DNA of 17,896 nucleotides from Bdellovibrionota bacterium (GTDB lineage: Bacteria > Bdellovibrionota_C > UBA2361 > OMII01). Location of the stretch: positions 1-17,896 of the forward strand of contig JBIKWQ010000070.1 in assembly GCA_044356215.1 (NCBI GenBank), given 5' to 3'. The notes below the pieces were generated by a model. It was given only the letters and a program-made list of their open reading frames with translations. It made no database searches and was not told the DNA's origin. The position numbers were made by a program, and so were the translations under genes. Shown piece by piece: positions 1 through 8,694 of the stretch (its first letter is position 1; every line of letters starts with the position of its first letter).

Positions 1-49
1 TCGATGTAGAATTTATTCTAAGATAGTTCTACAGGCTCAAGGGAAGAGG

Positions 50-207
50 AAACCACAGAGGAACACAGAGGGGGGAATATAATTTAATCGTGGCCTGGCT
101 GACTCTTTGGGTTATAACCTCTGTGATACTCTGTGTACCTCTGTGGTTTTCTCCCTATCCGTAACAGCTAGAATGGAAACACAGAGGAACACAGAGGATC
201 ACAGAGG
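50..207. repeat. Cluster of ~10-nt CACAGAG(G) tandem units in alternating orientation
   Basis: AAACCACAGAGGAACACAGAG (50-70) is the reverse complement of 129-149 at 20/21. A third block AACACAGAGGAACACAGAGGATCACAGAGG lies at 178-207. The same motif recurs at 17865-17892. Confidence 0.85.
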
Positions 208-230
208 CTAGGATTAAAGGAGCATCTTTC

Positions 231-255
231 GGAGCGCGGCGCTCCCGCGCCGCTT
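231..255. repeat. GC-rich REP-like palindrome
   Basis: GGAGC-GCGGCGC-TCCC-GCGCCGC-TT: perfect 7-bp stem (236-242/247-253) with a 4-nt loop. Single copy in the window. Confidence 0.5.
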
Positions 256-362
256 AGTGTGGGCTTGCCCGAGGCATGGTTATCGCTATTCCCCTGTAAC
301 AGCTATTCATCGCTCCGTGGCCCCCTTACCTAAAAATAGCTTATTTGATGTAAACTTTATTT

Positions 363-617
363 AGGGAAGGCCGGCAAAACCTACCCGTAGCGAGAAAGTG
401 GAGGTTGAGTTGATATTCGATTTTCGAGATGGGAAAAAACCGCACCGGACTGCGCCAAGGCTACGTCCGGTCCTACATTATCTCGCCGGCCGTAGCTTTA
501 GCGAAGGTCGGAAGTGTATCCGCTGTGATACATTGAGGATTTTTTTCCATCTCGAAAACTCGAAGAGCGGCTCAAGATCCGCTTTCGCAGTAGGGAGGGG
601 TTTTGCCGGCCTTCCCT
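363..617. mobile_element. Fold-back MITE copy 1, carrying a nested 68-nt insertion
   Basis: Perfect 19-bp terminal inverted repeat AGGGAAGGCCGGCAAAACC (363-381/599-617) and an internal inverted repeat TTTTCGAGATGG(G)AAAAAA (421-439 vs 541-558). A near-identical inverted copy lies at 14145-14329. Confidence 0.9.
445..512. repeat. REP doublet inserted inside MITE copy 1
   Basis: 68 nt absent from copy 2, which reads AACCGCAAGTGTATCC across the site (boundary ambiguous by 1 nt). Contains the hairpins ACCGGAC..GTCCGGT (444-471) and CCGGCCGTAGCTTTAGCGAAGGTCGG (486-511), related to 10505-10534 and 10565-10600. Confidence 0.85.
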
Positions 618-796
618 GGGAGAAAGAAGCTCTGAAGCCCCGCGAATAACACACCCCCTGCGGCTGCTAAAAGAGGGGGGACATGCCGCACGCCCTGTAC
701 TTTGAATATCGTCCCAACACTTGAGAGAACGCTTGAGATAATAGCGAATGCGATAAAGCTGGAGCGGTTTGATGTTGATGGGGTGGGGTGGGGCAT
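618..796 (-). pseudogene. Probable N-terminal fragment of an EamA/DMT-like membrane transporter truncated by the MITE
   Basis: MPHP..SFIAFAIISSVLSSVGTIFKVQGVRHVPPLLAAAGGVLFAGL resembles DMT TM1-loop(PP)-TM2. The frame runs into the MITE TIR and stops at 572-574. Confidence 0.5.
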
Positions 797-827
797 TGGT
801 TGAAGAAGCTAGCTCCAGACAATTAGT

Positions 828-856
828 TTGACAAGACCCTCGCACCTCTCTACATT
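828..856 (+). promoter_or_regulatory. Sigma70-type promoter upstream of proS
   Basis: TTGACA (828-833), 17-bp spacer, TACATT (851-856). Confidence 0.7.
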
Positions 857-981
857 GTTACTATGAATACAGCGATGACTACATCTCCATTATCGCGCCG
901 CACCCCCCAACGGGGTAACTAAACTCCTTTTTCTTCGCCCGAATCGGGTACATTTTCAAGTTATTATAATTTCGGTGCATC

Positions 982-2247
982 ATGCGTCAGTCGCAACTAT
1001 TTGGAAAATCAACAAGAGCAGTCTCCAGTGAAGTTAAGTCCAAGGGTCTTGAATACCTTATCCGCGGAGGCTTTATCCGCGAGTCGTCCTCGGGTCGTTT
1101 CTACCTACTCCCGCTTGGGCTACGGGTTCAAGAGCGTATCTGCGCGATTGTAGAGGACGAAATGAACCGCGTCGGAGCGCAGAGGATGTTAGCTCCGGTG
1201 CTTCATCCGATCGAGCTCTGGGAGGAGACGAATCGCACATCAAGTGTCTCGTTTGAGTTAATGAGGGTCAGAGATCGTAGTGAGCGGAGTTTTGTTCTGG
1301 GAGGTACAGCAGAGGAGATGCTTGTTGCTTTGGTAAGGCAGTTCGCCATATCAGCGAAGGATCTTCCGTTTTGCCTCTACCAGTTCTCAACTAAGTTTCG
1401 TGATGAGTTGCGCGCGAGGGGAGGGATGCTGCGCGCGCGCGAGTTTCTGATGAAGGATGGATATTCGTTTCACGCTTCAAAGGAGGACTTCGAGCGCTTT
1501 TACCGAGAGGTTTCTGAGAGTTATCTTCGGATATTTAAGCGGCTTGATTTATCAGTGCGGATCGTTGAGTCAGATAACGGCTATATGGGAGGCGATTATT
1601 GCCACGAGTTTGTCGTTGATCATCACTTAGGAGAGAGTCGGTATTTCGTAAGTCACGATGCAACCAGAGCCATTCACGAAGACCTCGTGAGCAAAATGGG
1701 AGAGGCTGAGAGATCCGGACTCACCGAACGTGCTGGTATCGAGGTGGGGAATATCTTTCAGTTGGGTACTTGGTACTCCGACCGGATGAAGGGAGCTGAG
1801 TTTATCGGCTCTGATGGAAAGAGCCACCGGTACTATATGGGGTGTTACGGGATCGGTATAGGTCGGACCCTATCAACGATCGCTGAGCTCTATAGTGATG
1901 ATCGTGGGTTAAGGTGGCCGAAGGGAAGTTCTCCTTTTTCGCTTCATCTGATCGCTCTCGGAAGCGATGATGAAGTGAAAGATGCGGCGGATAGGCTTTA
2001 CCGTGAACTCTCTCAAAGTGGCGTGAGCGTTTTATATGATGACAGAGAGCTATCAGCTGGAGTTAAATTCGGGGATGCAGATCTGATCGGAATCTACGAG
2101 AGGGTAATAGTGTCGAGACGCTTAATAGATCAAGGCGTTGTAGAGCTGCTTAATCGCTTTACTGGAGTGAGTCGTAAGGTGAGTGATCGCGAGGTGATTG
2201 GTGCTCACATCAAAGTTCGGGATATTAATGAAAAAACAGATATCTGA
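982..2247 (+). CDS. proS: Proline--tRNA ligase, short form lacking the INS editing domain
   Basis: Motif 2 FRDELRARGGMLRAREFLMKDGYSF, GIEVGNIFQLG, motif 3 MGCYGIGIGR, and anticodon-binding domain YDDRELSAGVKFGDADLIG. Length is only 421 aa. Confidence 0.93.
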   Translation: MRQSQLFGKSTRAVSSEVKSKGLEYLIRGGFIRESSSGRFYLLPLGLRVQERICAIVEDEMNRVGAQRMLAPVLHPIELWEETNRTSSVSFELMRVRDRSERSFVLGGTAEEMLVALVRQFAISAKDLPFCLYQFSTKFRDELRARGGMLRAREFLMKDGYSFHASKEDFERFYREVSESYLRIFKRLDLSVRIVESDNGYMGGDYCHEFVVDHHLGESRYFVSHDATRAIHEDLVSKMGEAERSGLTERAGIEVGNIFQLGTWYSDRMKGAEFIGSDGKSHRYYMGCYGIGIGRTLSTIAELYSDDRGLRWPKGSSPFSLHLIALGSDDEVKDAADRLYRELSQSGVSVLYDDRELSAGVKFGDADLIGIYERVIVSRRLIDQGVVELLNRFTGVSRKVSDREVIGAHIKVRDINEKTDI

Positions 2248-3814
2248 CATCATTCTTGCCTCCATATTGGTCGTAGTTACAGCCTACTTTTCCGTCTCGG
2301 TGGTGAATTTCCATATTCCTCCGTTTGAAGACGCGGCGATGCTTATGCGGTACGCTGATCACCTCGCGCACGGGAAAGGTATCGTCTGGAATATTGGAGA
2401 GGCGCCTCTGGATGGCGCTACCGACTTCCTCTTCATGATAATCCTAGCACTAGTTCAGCAGCTCGGATTCTCGGTAGAAGCTGCTGTTCGTATAGTTACA
2501 ATATCCTCTCATTTCGCGACGGTGCTACTCATTTATTTTGGTATGCGACGTATCCAGTTGGCGGGGTTGCTCCCCGCTTTCATGAGCGCGCTTTACTTTG
2601 CGGTAGGGCCAGGCTTGTTTCTCTCTGCGGCGTACTTTGGAACTCCTTTTTTCGCCCTTTGTGTCGTGTTTGCTTGGCTACTTGCGCAAAAGCTTTTTCT
2701 TGCGGGCAACCGGAGCGGTTATTGGTATCTCTGTTTCTCTTTGGCGTGTTTGACGGCCGGTCTAGTAAGGCCCGAGGGCAATTTAATTTCCGGCTTTATG
2801 CTTGCGGCGCTTGCTATCCTGATACCTCGCCAGCAGTTCTTTCGGCTAGCTTATGTCTTTTCTGGCGTATTCTTGTTGTTAGGAGGCGCATACTTCTTAT
2901 GGCGCTGGTACCACTTTGGACATCCTCTGCCCAATCCATTCTACAAGAAGGGGGGCGGCGGAATCTACGCGCTCTCTCTTAAGACGTCCGTTTTAAACAG
3001 CCTCTCCCTGGGTCTACCATTTATCCCGATGGCGCTACTCGCTGCTCGTAGCAAGAAGACCCTGATTATGGGAGTAGCGTTTCTGATTCCAATCTTAGGG
3101 ACCACCTGTATGTGGGTATTCCTGTCAGATGAGATGAATTTCGGCGGGCGTTTTCAGTATCCGCTTCTTGGTCTTTACATTTTATCTTGGTACCCTTTGG
3201 TCCGCGATCTCTTAAATGAAGTTGATTTGCCGAGGTTTGTGTATTCGAGTCCTATTGGTAAGTATCTTGCGGTTGCGGTGGTTTCATTAGCACTAGGTTT
3301 CATCTTATTAATGCAGGCGCGAAATTCCAGTCGAATAACTTACGCCCGTGATGGGCGGTACGATCTGGGTATTATGCTCAGTCGATTCGCGGATCGCGGC
3401 TATACTATAGCGACCACAGAGGCAGGATTGCTTCCTCTTTATTCTCGCTGGCGTTCTATCGACACGTGGGGCTTAAATGATAAGTGGATCGCTCACAATG
3501 GTGGCGTGACCGATGAATATTTGCGCCAACAGAAGCCGGACCTTATTGTTTGGCATGAGTATTTCTCGTCGAATCATCCACCAAAAGATGATAAGAGTGA
3601 GGATCCTTGGTTTAAGCAGGTGATGACCTTAAAGCGCTACGCTGAGGATTATGGTTTTACGTTGGCGGCAGTCTACGGGAGAAATCCAGGGGATACACAC
3701 TACTACTATGTTCGTTCTGATATGCCAGATCATAATGAAATAGTGCAGGCGATTAGATCTACGCCGTATTATTGGTTTGCAGATGGTGGGTTGTGTACTA
3801 ATTATGCGAGCTAG
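2228..3814 (+). CDS. Polytopic membrane protein, putative GT-C-fold glycosyltransferase (AftB-like)
   Basis: EDAAMLMRYADHLAHGKGIVWNIGEAPLDGATDFL after TM1, LVRPEG, YHFGHPLPNPFYKK, GRF, EAGLLP and IDTWGLND motifs, with many TM helices. ATG 2228 preferred over TTG 2198; overlaps the end of proS by 20 nt. Confidence 0.65.
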   Translation: MKKQISDIILASILVVVTAYFSVSVVNFHIPPFEDAAMLMRYADHLAHGKGIVWNIGEAPLDGATDFLFMIILALVQQLGFSVEAAVRIVTISSHFATVLLIYFGMRRIQLAGLLPAFMSALYFAVGPGLFLSAAYFGTPFFALCVVFAWLLAQKLFLAGNRSGYWYLCFSLACLTAGLVRPEGNLISGFMLAALAILIPRQQFFRLAYVFSGVFLLLGGAYFLWRWYHFGHPLPNPFYKKGGGGIYALSLKTSVLNSLSLGLPFIPMALLAARSKKTLIMGVAFLIPILGTTCMWVFLSDEMNFGGRFQYPLLGLYILSWYPLVRDLLNEVDLPRFVYSSPIGKYLAVAVVSLALGFILLMQARNSSRITYARDGRYDLGIMLSRFADRGYTIATTEAGLLPLYSRWRSIDTWGLNDKWIAHNGGVTDEYLRQQKPDLIVWHEYFSSNHPPKDDKSEDPWFKQVMTLKRYAEDYGFTLAAVYGRNPGDTHYYYVRSDMPDHNEIVQAIRSTPYYWFADGGLCTNYAS

Positions 3815-3878
3815 CTAGTGCTGCATCTTTGCTATTAGGAAACGCATAAAGCAGGGATTAGCTGATTTTCAACACGGC

Positions 3879-4877
3879 CTATAGATACCTTATCACCGTC
3901 TTACCGATCGTGTTACCGCTCTCCTGAAGTTTGTGGGCCTCATAAATAGCTGCCGGTGTTAGGCCATCCAGAACTGTATTGACAGTCGACCGCAGAGCTT
4001 TGGAATCAATTAGTTTGGCGATTTCGGCTAACATCTGACCCTGAGACTCTATATTAGAGCCATACAACCCCTTACTAAAAATTAGTTCAGGATGAACGCC
4101 GATTGATTTGCTCTTAAATGGCATAACATCAAAAGCGAGCGGATCATCGATAAATCCCAGCCGCCCACCTACAGAGATAAGCTCAGGAAAAATATCATGG
4201 TATGTGTCTGTATGAGTTGTAGAGAATACATAATCAAATTGAGGGAGCTTCTGTCTTGCCCGCTCGTCAAGCAAGTCGACACGTTCTACAACATGGTGAG
4301 CGCCCATTGATATCGTCCAACTCTTAGACTCCTGCCTTCCAGCGGTAGCATAAACTTCAGCATCTGACAGGGCTCGAAGTAACTGTATCGCTACCGATCC
4401 AACACCCCCAGCTCCGCCGATGATTAGTATTTGGCCGGCATCCCTACGGGGAACTCTCAACCTCTCAAATAGAGCTTCATAAGCAGTTATAGCAGTTAGT
4501 GGCATAGCCGCCGCGGCAGGATAATCGAGGAGCTTTGGCATATGGCTGACTAAGCGGTAGTCAACACATTGGAGAGACGCATTGCTTCCTGGTCGACGGA
4601 AATCGCCGGACCAAAACACCTTATCTCCTTGTTTGAATCCAGTTACGTGTGAGCCGACTCCAACTACATCGCCAGCTCCGTCCCATCCAAGAATTACCGG
4701 AACCCCTTTGTCAGAGAGCCTCTTTCTTCGTTCCTTGTAATCGACCGGATTAACAGACGCTGACTTGACGTGAATCAGGAGGTCGTTACCCAACGGCACC
4801 GGGTCTGGAAGGGAAAACTCTTCAAATGAAGTAGGTGATAGAGTAGTGGATGGAGTTAAGAAACCGATTGCTTTCAT
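3879..4877 (-). CDS. Zinc-binding alcohol dehydrogenase family / quinone oxidoreductase-like MDR protein
   Basis: SVNPVDYK, ILGWDGAG, AAAMPLTAITAYEALFERL, GGAGGVGS Rossmann motif, C-terminal TIGK. Start at MKAIG (4877) has GAGG upstream. Confidence 0.88.
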   Translation of the reverse strand: MKAIGFLTPSTTLSPTSFEEFSLPDPVPLGNDLLIHVKSASVNPVDYKERRKRLSDKGVPVILGWDGAGDVVGVGSHVTGFKQGDKVFWSGDFRRPGSNASLQCVDYRLVSHMPKLLDYPAAAAMPLTAITAYEALFERLRVPRRDAGQILIIGGAGGVGSVAIQLLRALSDAEVYATAGRQESKSWTISMGAHHVVERVDLLDERARQKLPQFDYVFSTTHTDTYHDIFPELISVGGRLGFIDDPLAFDVMPFKSKSIGVHPELIFSKGLYGSNIESQGQMLAEIAKLIDSKALRSTVNTVLDGLTPAAIYEAHKLQESGNTIGKTVIRYL

Positions 4878-5065
4878 GGTGAGTGCCTCATTTATCTGTT
4901 CATTAAACATGCACGAGCGATAGTAAGCTTATTCCTACTCACGACGTAACCCCTATCAGTGCGTTAAACCACTGTTCATAGGATCAATAAAGCAAAACAT
5001 TGACAAACACTCGGTCGATAGTTAAAAATACTGTCATAAACCGACATTAAAAAGGAGATGTCATT

Positions 5066-5809
5066 ATGAAGACCGCTAAATTCACCGCTAAGATTAATGA
5101 TGGCAAATACGCGCGAGCTATAAGCTCGTCGGCCCGTGCGCTAGTCGCTTCAGTTTTATTGGGAGGCGTTGCTCTGGGATTCACAGCATGCGGAGGAGGG
5201 GGTGGTGATGAGGCACAGGTACGTGTGTTCCACGCGTCTCCAGACGCTCCAAATGTTGATGTTCTGATAGATGGCGATAGGGTCTTGGAAAACGTTCCTT
5301 ATTCAGCGGCTTCTGATTTCATTGGTATCGACGCCGGTGATAGGAGAGTTCAGGTTAATGTAGCCGGTACTGATACCTCAGCTATAGAGACTCACGCGGT
5401 ATTCGCCAAAGATACTGATTACGTTCTTGTTGCTGTTGATAAGGTGGCTAAGATATCCCCTCTAGTATTTACGGCAGACCGAACAACTCCAGAAAGCGGC
5501 TCAGCCCGGGTTCGTGTGCTACATTCAGCGGCAAGTGCTCCGGCAGTAGACGTCTATGTAACAGCGGTAGATGCAGGAATCAGTAATGCTAGGCCGACAC
5601 TCTCGAATGTGCCGTTTAAAGCTATCTCTGATTACCTGACTATTCCAGCTGGAACTTATGATGTTTTCGTGACGGTCGCTGGAACCAAGAACATCGCCAT
5701 TCAAGCTAAGGGTCTTGAGATCGCCGACCAGCTAGTTGCTACCGTCGCGGCGCTCGATGCAAAGGGTGGGGGAGCTCCGTTTTCGTTGCAGGTTCTTGAC
5801 GAGAGATAA
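5066..5809 (+). CDS. DUF4397-like lipoprotein
   Basis: Lipobox FTAC followed by a Gly linker, two repeats VRVFHASPDAPNVDV and VRVLHSAASAPAVDV. SD AAGGAG at 5052-5057 and TTGACA at 5000-5005. Confidence 0.82.
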   Translation: MKTAKFTAKINDGKYARAISSSARALVASVLLGGVALGFTACGGGGGDEAQVRVFHASPDAPNVDVLIDGDRVLENVPYSAASDFIGIDAGDRRVQVNVAGTDTSAIETHAVFAKDTDYVLVAVDKVAKISPLVFTADRTTPESGSARVRVLHSAASAPAVDVYVTAVDAGISNARPTLSNVPFKAISDYLTIPAGTYDVFVTVAGTKNIAIQAKGLEIADQLVATVAALDAKGGGAPFSLQVLDER

Positions 5810-5829
5810 AGCTAATTTAACTACTCACC

Positions 5830-5860
5830 AAAAAAAGGCACCCTCCGTCTGGGGGGTGCC
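5830..5860 (-). terminator. Rho-independent terminator of earP-efp
   Basis: Stem GGCACCCTCC-GTCT-GGGGGGTGCC (5837-5860) preceded by A7 on +, which is a U-tract on the minus strand. Lies between convergent genes. Confidence 0.8.
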
Positions 5861-5931
5861 AAGTAAAGAGACGCCTTCTACGTTACTGAGCAAAAGCTCG
5901 CGTGAACGAAGTTTTGGCGCATTCTCCTAGC

Positions 5932-6489
5932 CTACTTAGCTCGAGATACGTACTCATCAGTTCGAGTATCGATCTCAATCTTCTCACCGATTTCTATAAA
6001 GGCTGGGATAGAGATCTCATGCCCTGTAGCGAGCTTTCCAAGCTTCATCACTTTACCTGATGTGTCACCCTTTACCGCTGGCTCTGTGTAAACGATCTCG
6101 CGAATGATCTTAGTTGGCAGCTCAATTGAAAGTGGATTGCCCTCGTAGAAAACGATCTCGCATTCCATGTCATCTTCGAGGTATTTCAGCGTGTCCTCGA
6201 GGAACTCAGCCGAGATCTCGTACTGATTGAAATCGCCATCCATAAATACGTAATTATCTCCATCTTTGTAGGAGTATTTCACCTTGGCACGATCAAGGAT
6301 TATCTCCTCAAACTTATCGTCGGTCTTATAGATACCCTCTGAGGCGCCGCCAGTGATGAGATTCTTAAACTTGTACTTCATCACGGAAGCGTTTCTGCCT
6401 GACTTGCTGAACTCTGCTTTAGTGATAAGAGTCGGATTGCCTTTGAGCATTATTACTGCTCCGGCTCGTAGGTCTTGTGCATTTTTCAT
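5932..6489 (-). CDS. efp: Elongation factor P, arginine (rhamnosylated) type
   Basis: Loop KSGRNAS with Arg at the modified position, YTEPAVKGDT, IDTRTDEYVSRA; 185 aa. Confidence 0.97.
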   Translation of the reverse strand: MKNAQDLRAGAVIMLKGNPTLITKAEFSKSGRNASVMKYKFKNLITGGASEGIYKTDDKFEEIILDRAKVKYSYKDGDNYVFMDGDFNQYEISAEFLEDTLKYLEDDMECEIVFYEGNPLSIELPTKIIREIVYTEPAVKGDTSGKVMKLGKLATGHEISIPAFIEIGEKIEIDTRTDEYVSRAK

Positions 6490-6589
6490 CGGTACACCTT
6501 AATCTTGCTAAACGTAAATCTACTGTTATTGCTTACGCATGCCATAAGCAACTCGGACTAAACACTCTGGAAGCGCTATGCTGCCGCGA

Positions 6590-7717
6590 CTACTCACGAC
6601 GTAAAAACGCCACCAATTTGGAGACGAGGTCGCCGTGAGCTGCTAGTTGATCCGCGAAAGACCGAGCCTCAGGCGCTAAATTTGTGACTAGCGCGCACAG
6701 GTCAATCTTTTCAGTACCACCTTCATTCCACAAAACGAGTAATTTCTCAAGTGAGGCAAAGCCAGGCAAAGCGATGTTGTCCTTGTAGATAGCTAGAAAT
6801 GCTCGTAATTTTCGCAAGTGAGCTTCTTTCTCCTGAGGATAAATATTCCAAATAAAAGGGCGTCCCGCCCAAATAGCGCGGACAAAAGAGTCTTCACCTC
6901 GAACAAAATTCAACGAGCAGGTCCAAAGCAGTCGGTCAAAGTCCGGTTGCGACAAGAAGGTAAGTTTGTAGATCGGCACCTCGGGGGCTATCGCTGAAAT
7001 GATCCTTTCCGTCTCCGGCGGGACTCCCTCCGTCAGAAAGACTCGAATTGGCTGATTACACTGTGCGAGACTCTCTGCCAACAGAGAGATGGGGGCTGTT
7101 GGATAGCAGAAAAGGGAGACGTCGATAAAATCAGCGGCGATTGCCGGGAGCGAGTGCACTTGTCGCCACAAGTTCTGCTGCGTAAGGTTGAACTGAAAGG
7201 CGTCTCGTTGTTTTAGAAGGTCGGCTTCTCGTAACAGTCCGCCTGTATCTGGTGTAAAGCCTGGGAAGAAAAGTGTGCGATCGAGCCCTGTCTGAGGTTC
7301 AGGAGATGGAATCGCGTGAAACCGTGGAACCCATGCTTCAGCGCTCAGATACTCAAGGTCGACCCAACGTGTATTCGCATCTTTCATCAGCTCCATGACA
7401 AACGTGGGTAGCGAGCAGCCAAAAGTTTCTACAACTACGTCGGCTGGCTTACCGTAAGTAGTCGGCAATAACTCCCCGCTCCAGGAGAGGAACGTAATAT
7501 CACCTCGGATCTGACTCGGCAGCGCGGGGTCTAATGTTGGAACAAATTTTTTTACTATGTCTAGCCTGTCAACAATAAGTCGAACAGCGAAACCTCTTTC
7601 ATGCGCGAGTTGACAAGCGAACCGATAGGCGACCCCTATGTCACCAAAATTATCGACTACTTTGCAAAAGATATCAAAAATCGGTTTATCAGGGAGAGAT
7701 GTGTATTGTTCGACCAT
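6590..7717 (-). CDS. earP: EF-P arginine rhamnosyltransferase
   Basis: DIFCKVVDNFGDIGV, LEYLSAEAWV, FFPGFTPDTGGLLRE, NFVRGEDSFVRA and WNIYPQ motifs; immediately upstream of Arg-type efp. Confidence 0.96.
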   Translation of the reverse strand: MVEQYTSLPDKPIFDIFCKVVDNFGDIGVAYRFACQLAHERGFAVRLIVDRLDIVKKFVPTLDPALPSQIRGDITFLSWSGELLPTTYGKPADVVVETFGCSLPTFVMELMKDANTRWVDLEYLSAEAWVPRFHAIPSPEPQTGLDRTLFFPGFTPDTGGLLREADLLKQRDAFQFNLTQQNLWRQVHSLPAIAADFIDVSLFCYPTAPISLLAESLAQCNQPIRVFLTEGVPPETERIISAIAPEVPIYKLTFLSQPDFDRLLWTCSLNFVRGEDSFVRAIWAGRPFIWNIYPQEKEAHLRKLRAFLAIYKDNIALPGFASLEKLLVLWNEGGTEKIDLCALVTNLAPEARSFADQLAAHGDLVSKLVAFLRRE

Positions 7718-7750
7718 ATTTGCTTTTATTGGTTCGCGGCAGGTTGTCTC

Positions 7751-8434
7751 TCATTCAGCATCCCTCTCTCCAAACAGCTCCCTAGTGAGCTCCTTGTCGA
7801 CTGAGTATTCCGAGAGCCAGATTCCGAAATACGCTTTAGCGAATGAAGGGCTTTGTATTGTCATCAAAGCTGGCTCTTTTTCATTTAACAACAGAGCCAT
7901 AGTTCCCGAAGAAGGGTCGTATGATATCGAATAGCGATCTCCCTCCTTTACCCCGACGTAGGCATTATTGATCGCCGAGAGGTGAGGCTCTAAAGTCGCG
8001 AGATCAAGCCCAGGTGTCTTTTCGAGCACTTCTTGCGAATTCTCCTTAAACTGGTCTGGGCTTAGAGAGCGATGATAGCAGAGCACGAGTTTTTTCCTGC
8101 TCTCTCCACGTACCGCATCGCGCGTCTTCGCGGCAGGAGGAGCGTAGAGAGCCCCGGTGTAAACCCGAAACCCCCAATATCGGAATGTGCTTAACCCCCG
8201 AAGCTCAAGCTTCTCTCTGCCGAGGCTGATACTAGGAGAGAAACAGCATCCATTCTCGCACTGTGGGGTGTCTGCGGCGGGGGATGCAGTCCTAGGGCCG
8301 TCTTCGCATTTGGCTAATAGCGGGAAGATGATACCAAAAATGGCTACAGCTACGCCTCGTTGGATGAGGGTGCAGAGAGAGGGGCGGGGGGTGTTAAGTA
8401 GAGTAAGATAAGAAGGGAAAGGATTTTTGAGCAT
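7751..8434 (-). CDS. Chalcone isomerase-like fold exported protein
   Basis: Hydrophobic N-terminal segment, then FRYWGFRVYTGALY, GVKEGDRY, FAKAYFGIWL..SVDKELTRELFG. Start position uncertain. Confidence 0.78.
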   Translation of the reverse strand: MLKNPFPSYLTLLNTPRPSLCTLIQRGVAVAIFGIIFPLLAKCEDGPRTASPAADTPQCENGCCFSPSISLGREKLELRGLSTFRYWGFRVYTGALYAPPAAKTRDAVRGESRKKLVLCYHRSLSPDQFKENSQEVLEKTPGLDLATLEPHLSAINNAYVGVKEGDRYSISYDPSSGTMALLLNEKEPALMTIQSPSFAKAYFGIWLSEYSVDKELTRELFGERDAE

Positions 8435-8558
8435 AGGTTACAAAATTCTAGATCAGATCCATGTTTATAAGAAGATCTGTGGGTAACTCGGTTCTTAACT
8501 CACCTATCAATAATTTGGGATCCGGTTCACTGATTCCAGAACGTGTCGTAGTAAAGAT

Positions 8559-8567
8559 TGATATAAT
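8559..8567 (+). promoter_or_regulatory. Extended -10 element upstream of the alkaline phosphatase gene
   Basis: TGATATAAT matches TGnTATAAT exactly. Confidence 0.5.
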
Positions 8568-8694
8568 ATGGCGATATGCAATAGTCCGTGCGAGCAAAAC
8601 TGGCAGGGCTTTTGGCGTAGATCACTAGAGCGTTCTCCAAAAGCCGGGATTTCGATACGGACTTTTGGAAAACGCTATATCAGCCGCAAGCAAT

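Noticed and set aside
50..207. Possible CRISPR array
   Set aside because: Units are ~10 nt, tandem and in both orientations, with no regular spacers and no cas genes.
398..845. ORFs 398..649 (+) and 498..845 (-)
   Set aside because: Largely translations of MITE and REP sequence or alternative frames of the DMT-like fragment.
8450..8525. oriC-like look: several GATC sites plus TGTTTATAA (8462-8470) and TGTGGGTAA (8478-8486), with mnmG in the window
   Set aside because: Only two imperfect DnaA-box matches, no clear AT-rich unwinding element, and 7 kb from mnmG. GC-skew or Ori-Finder analysis would be needed.
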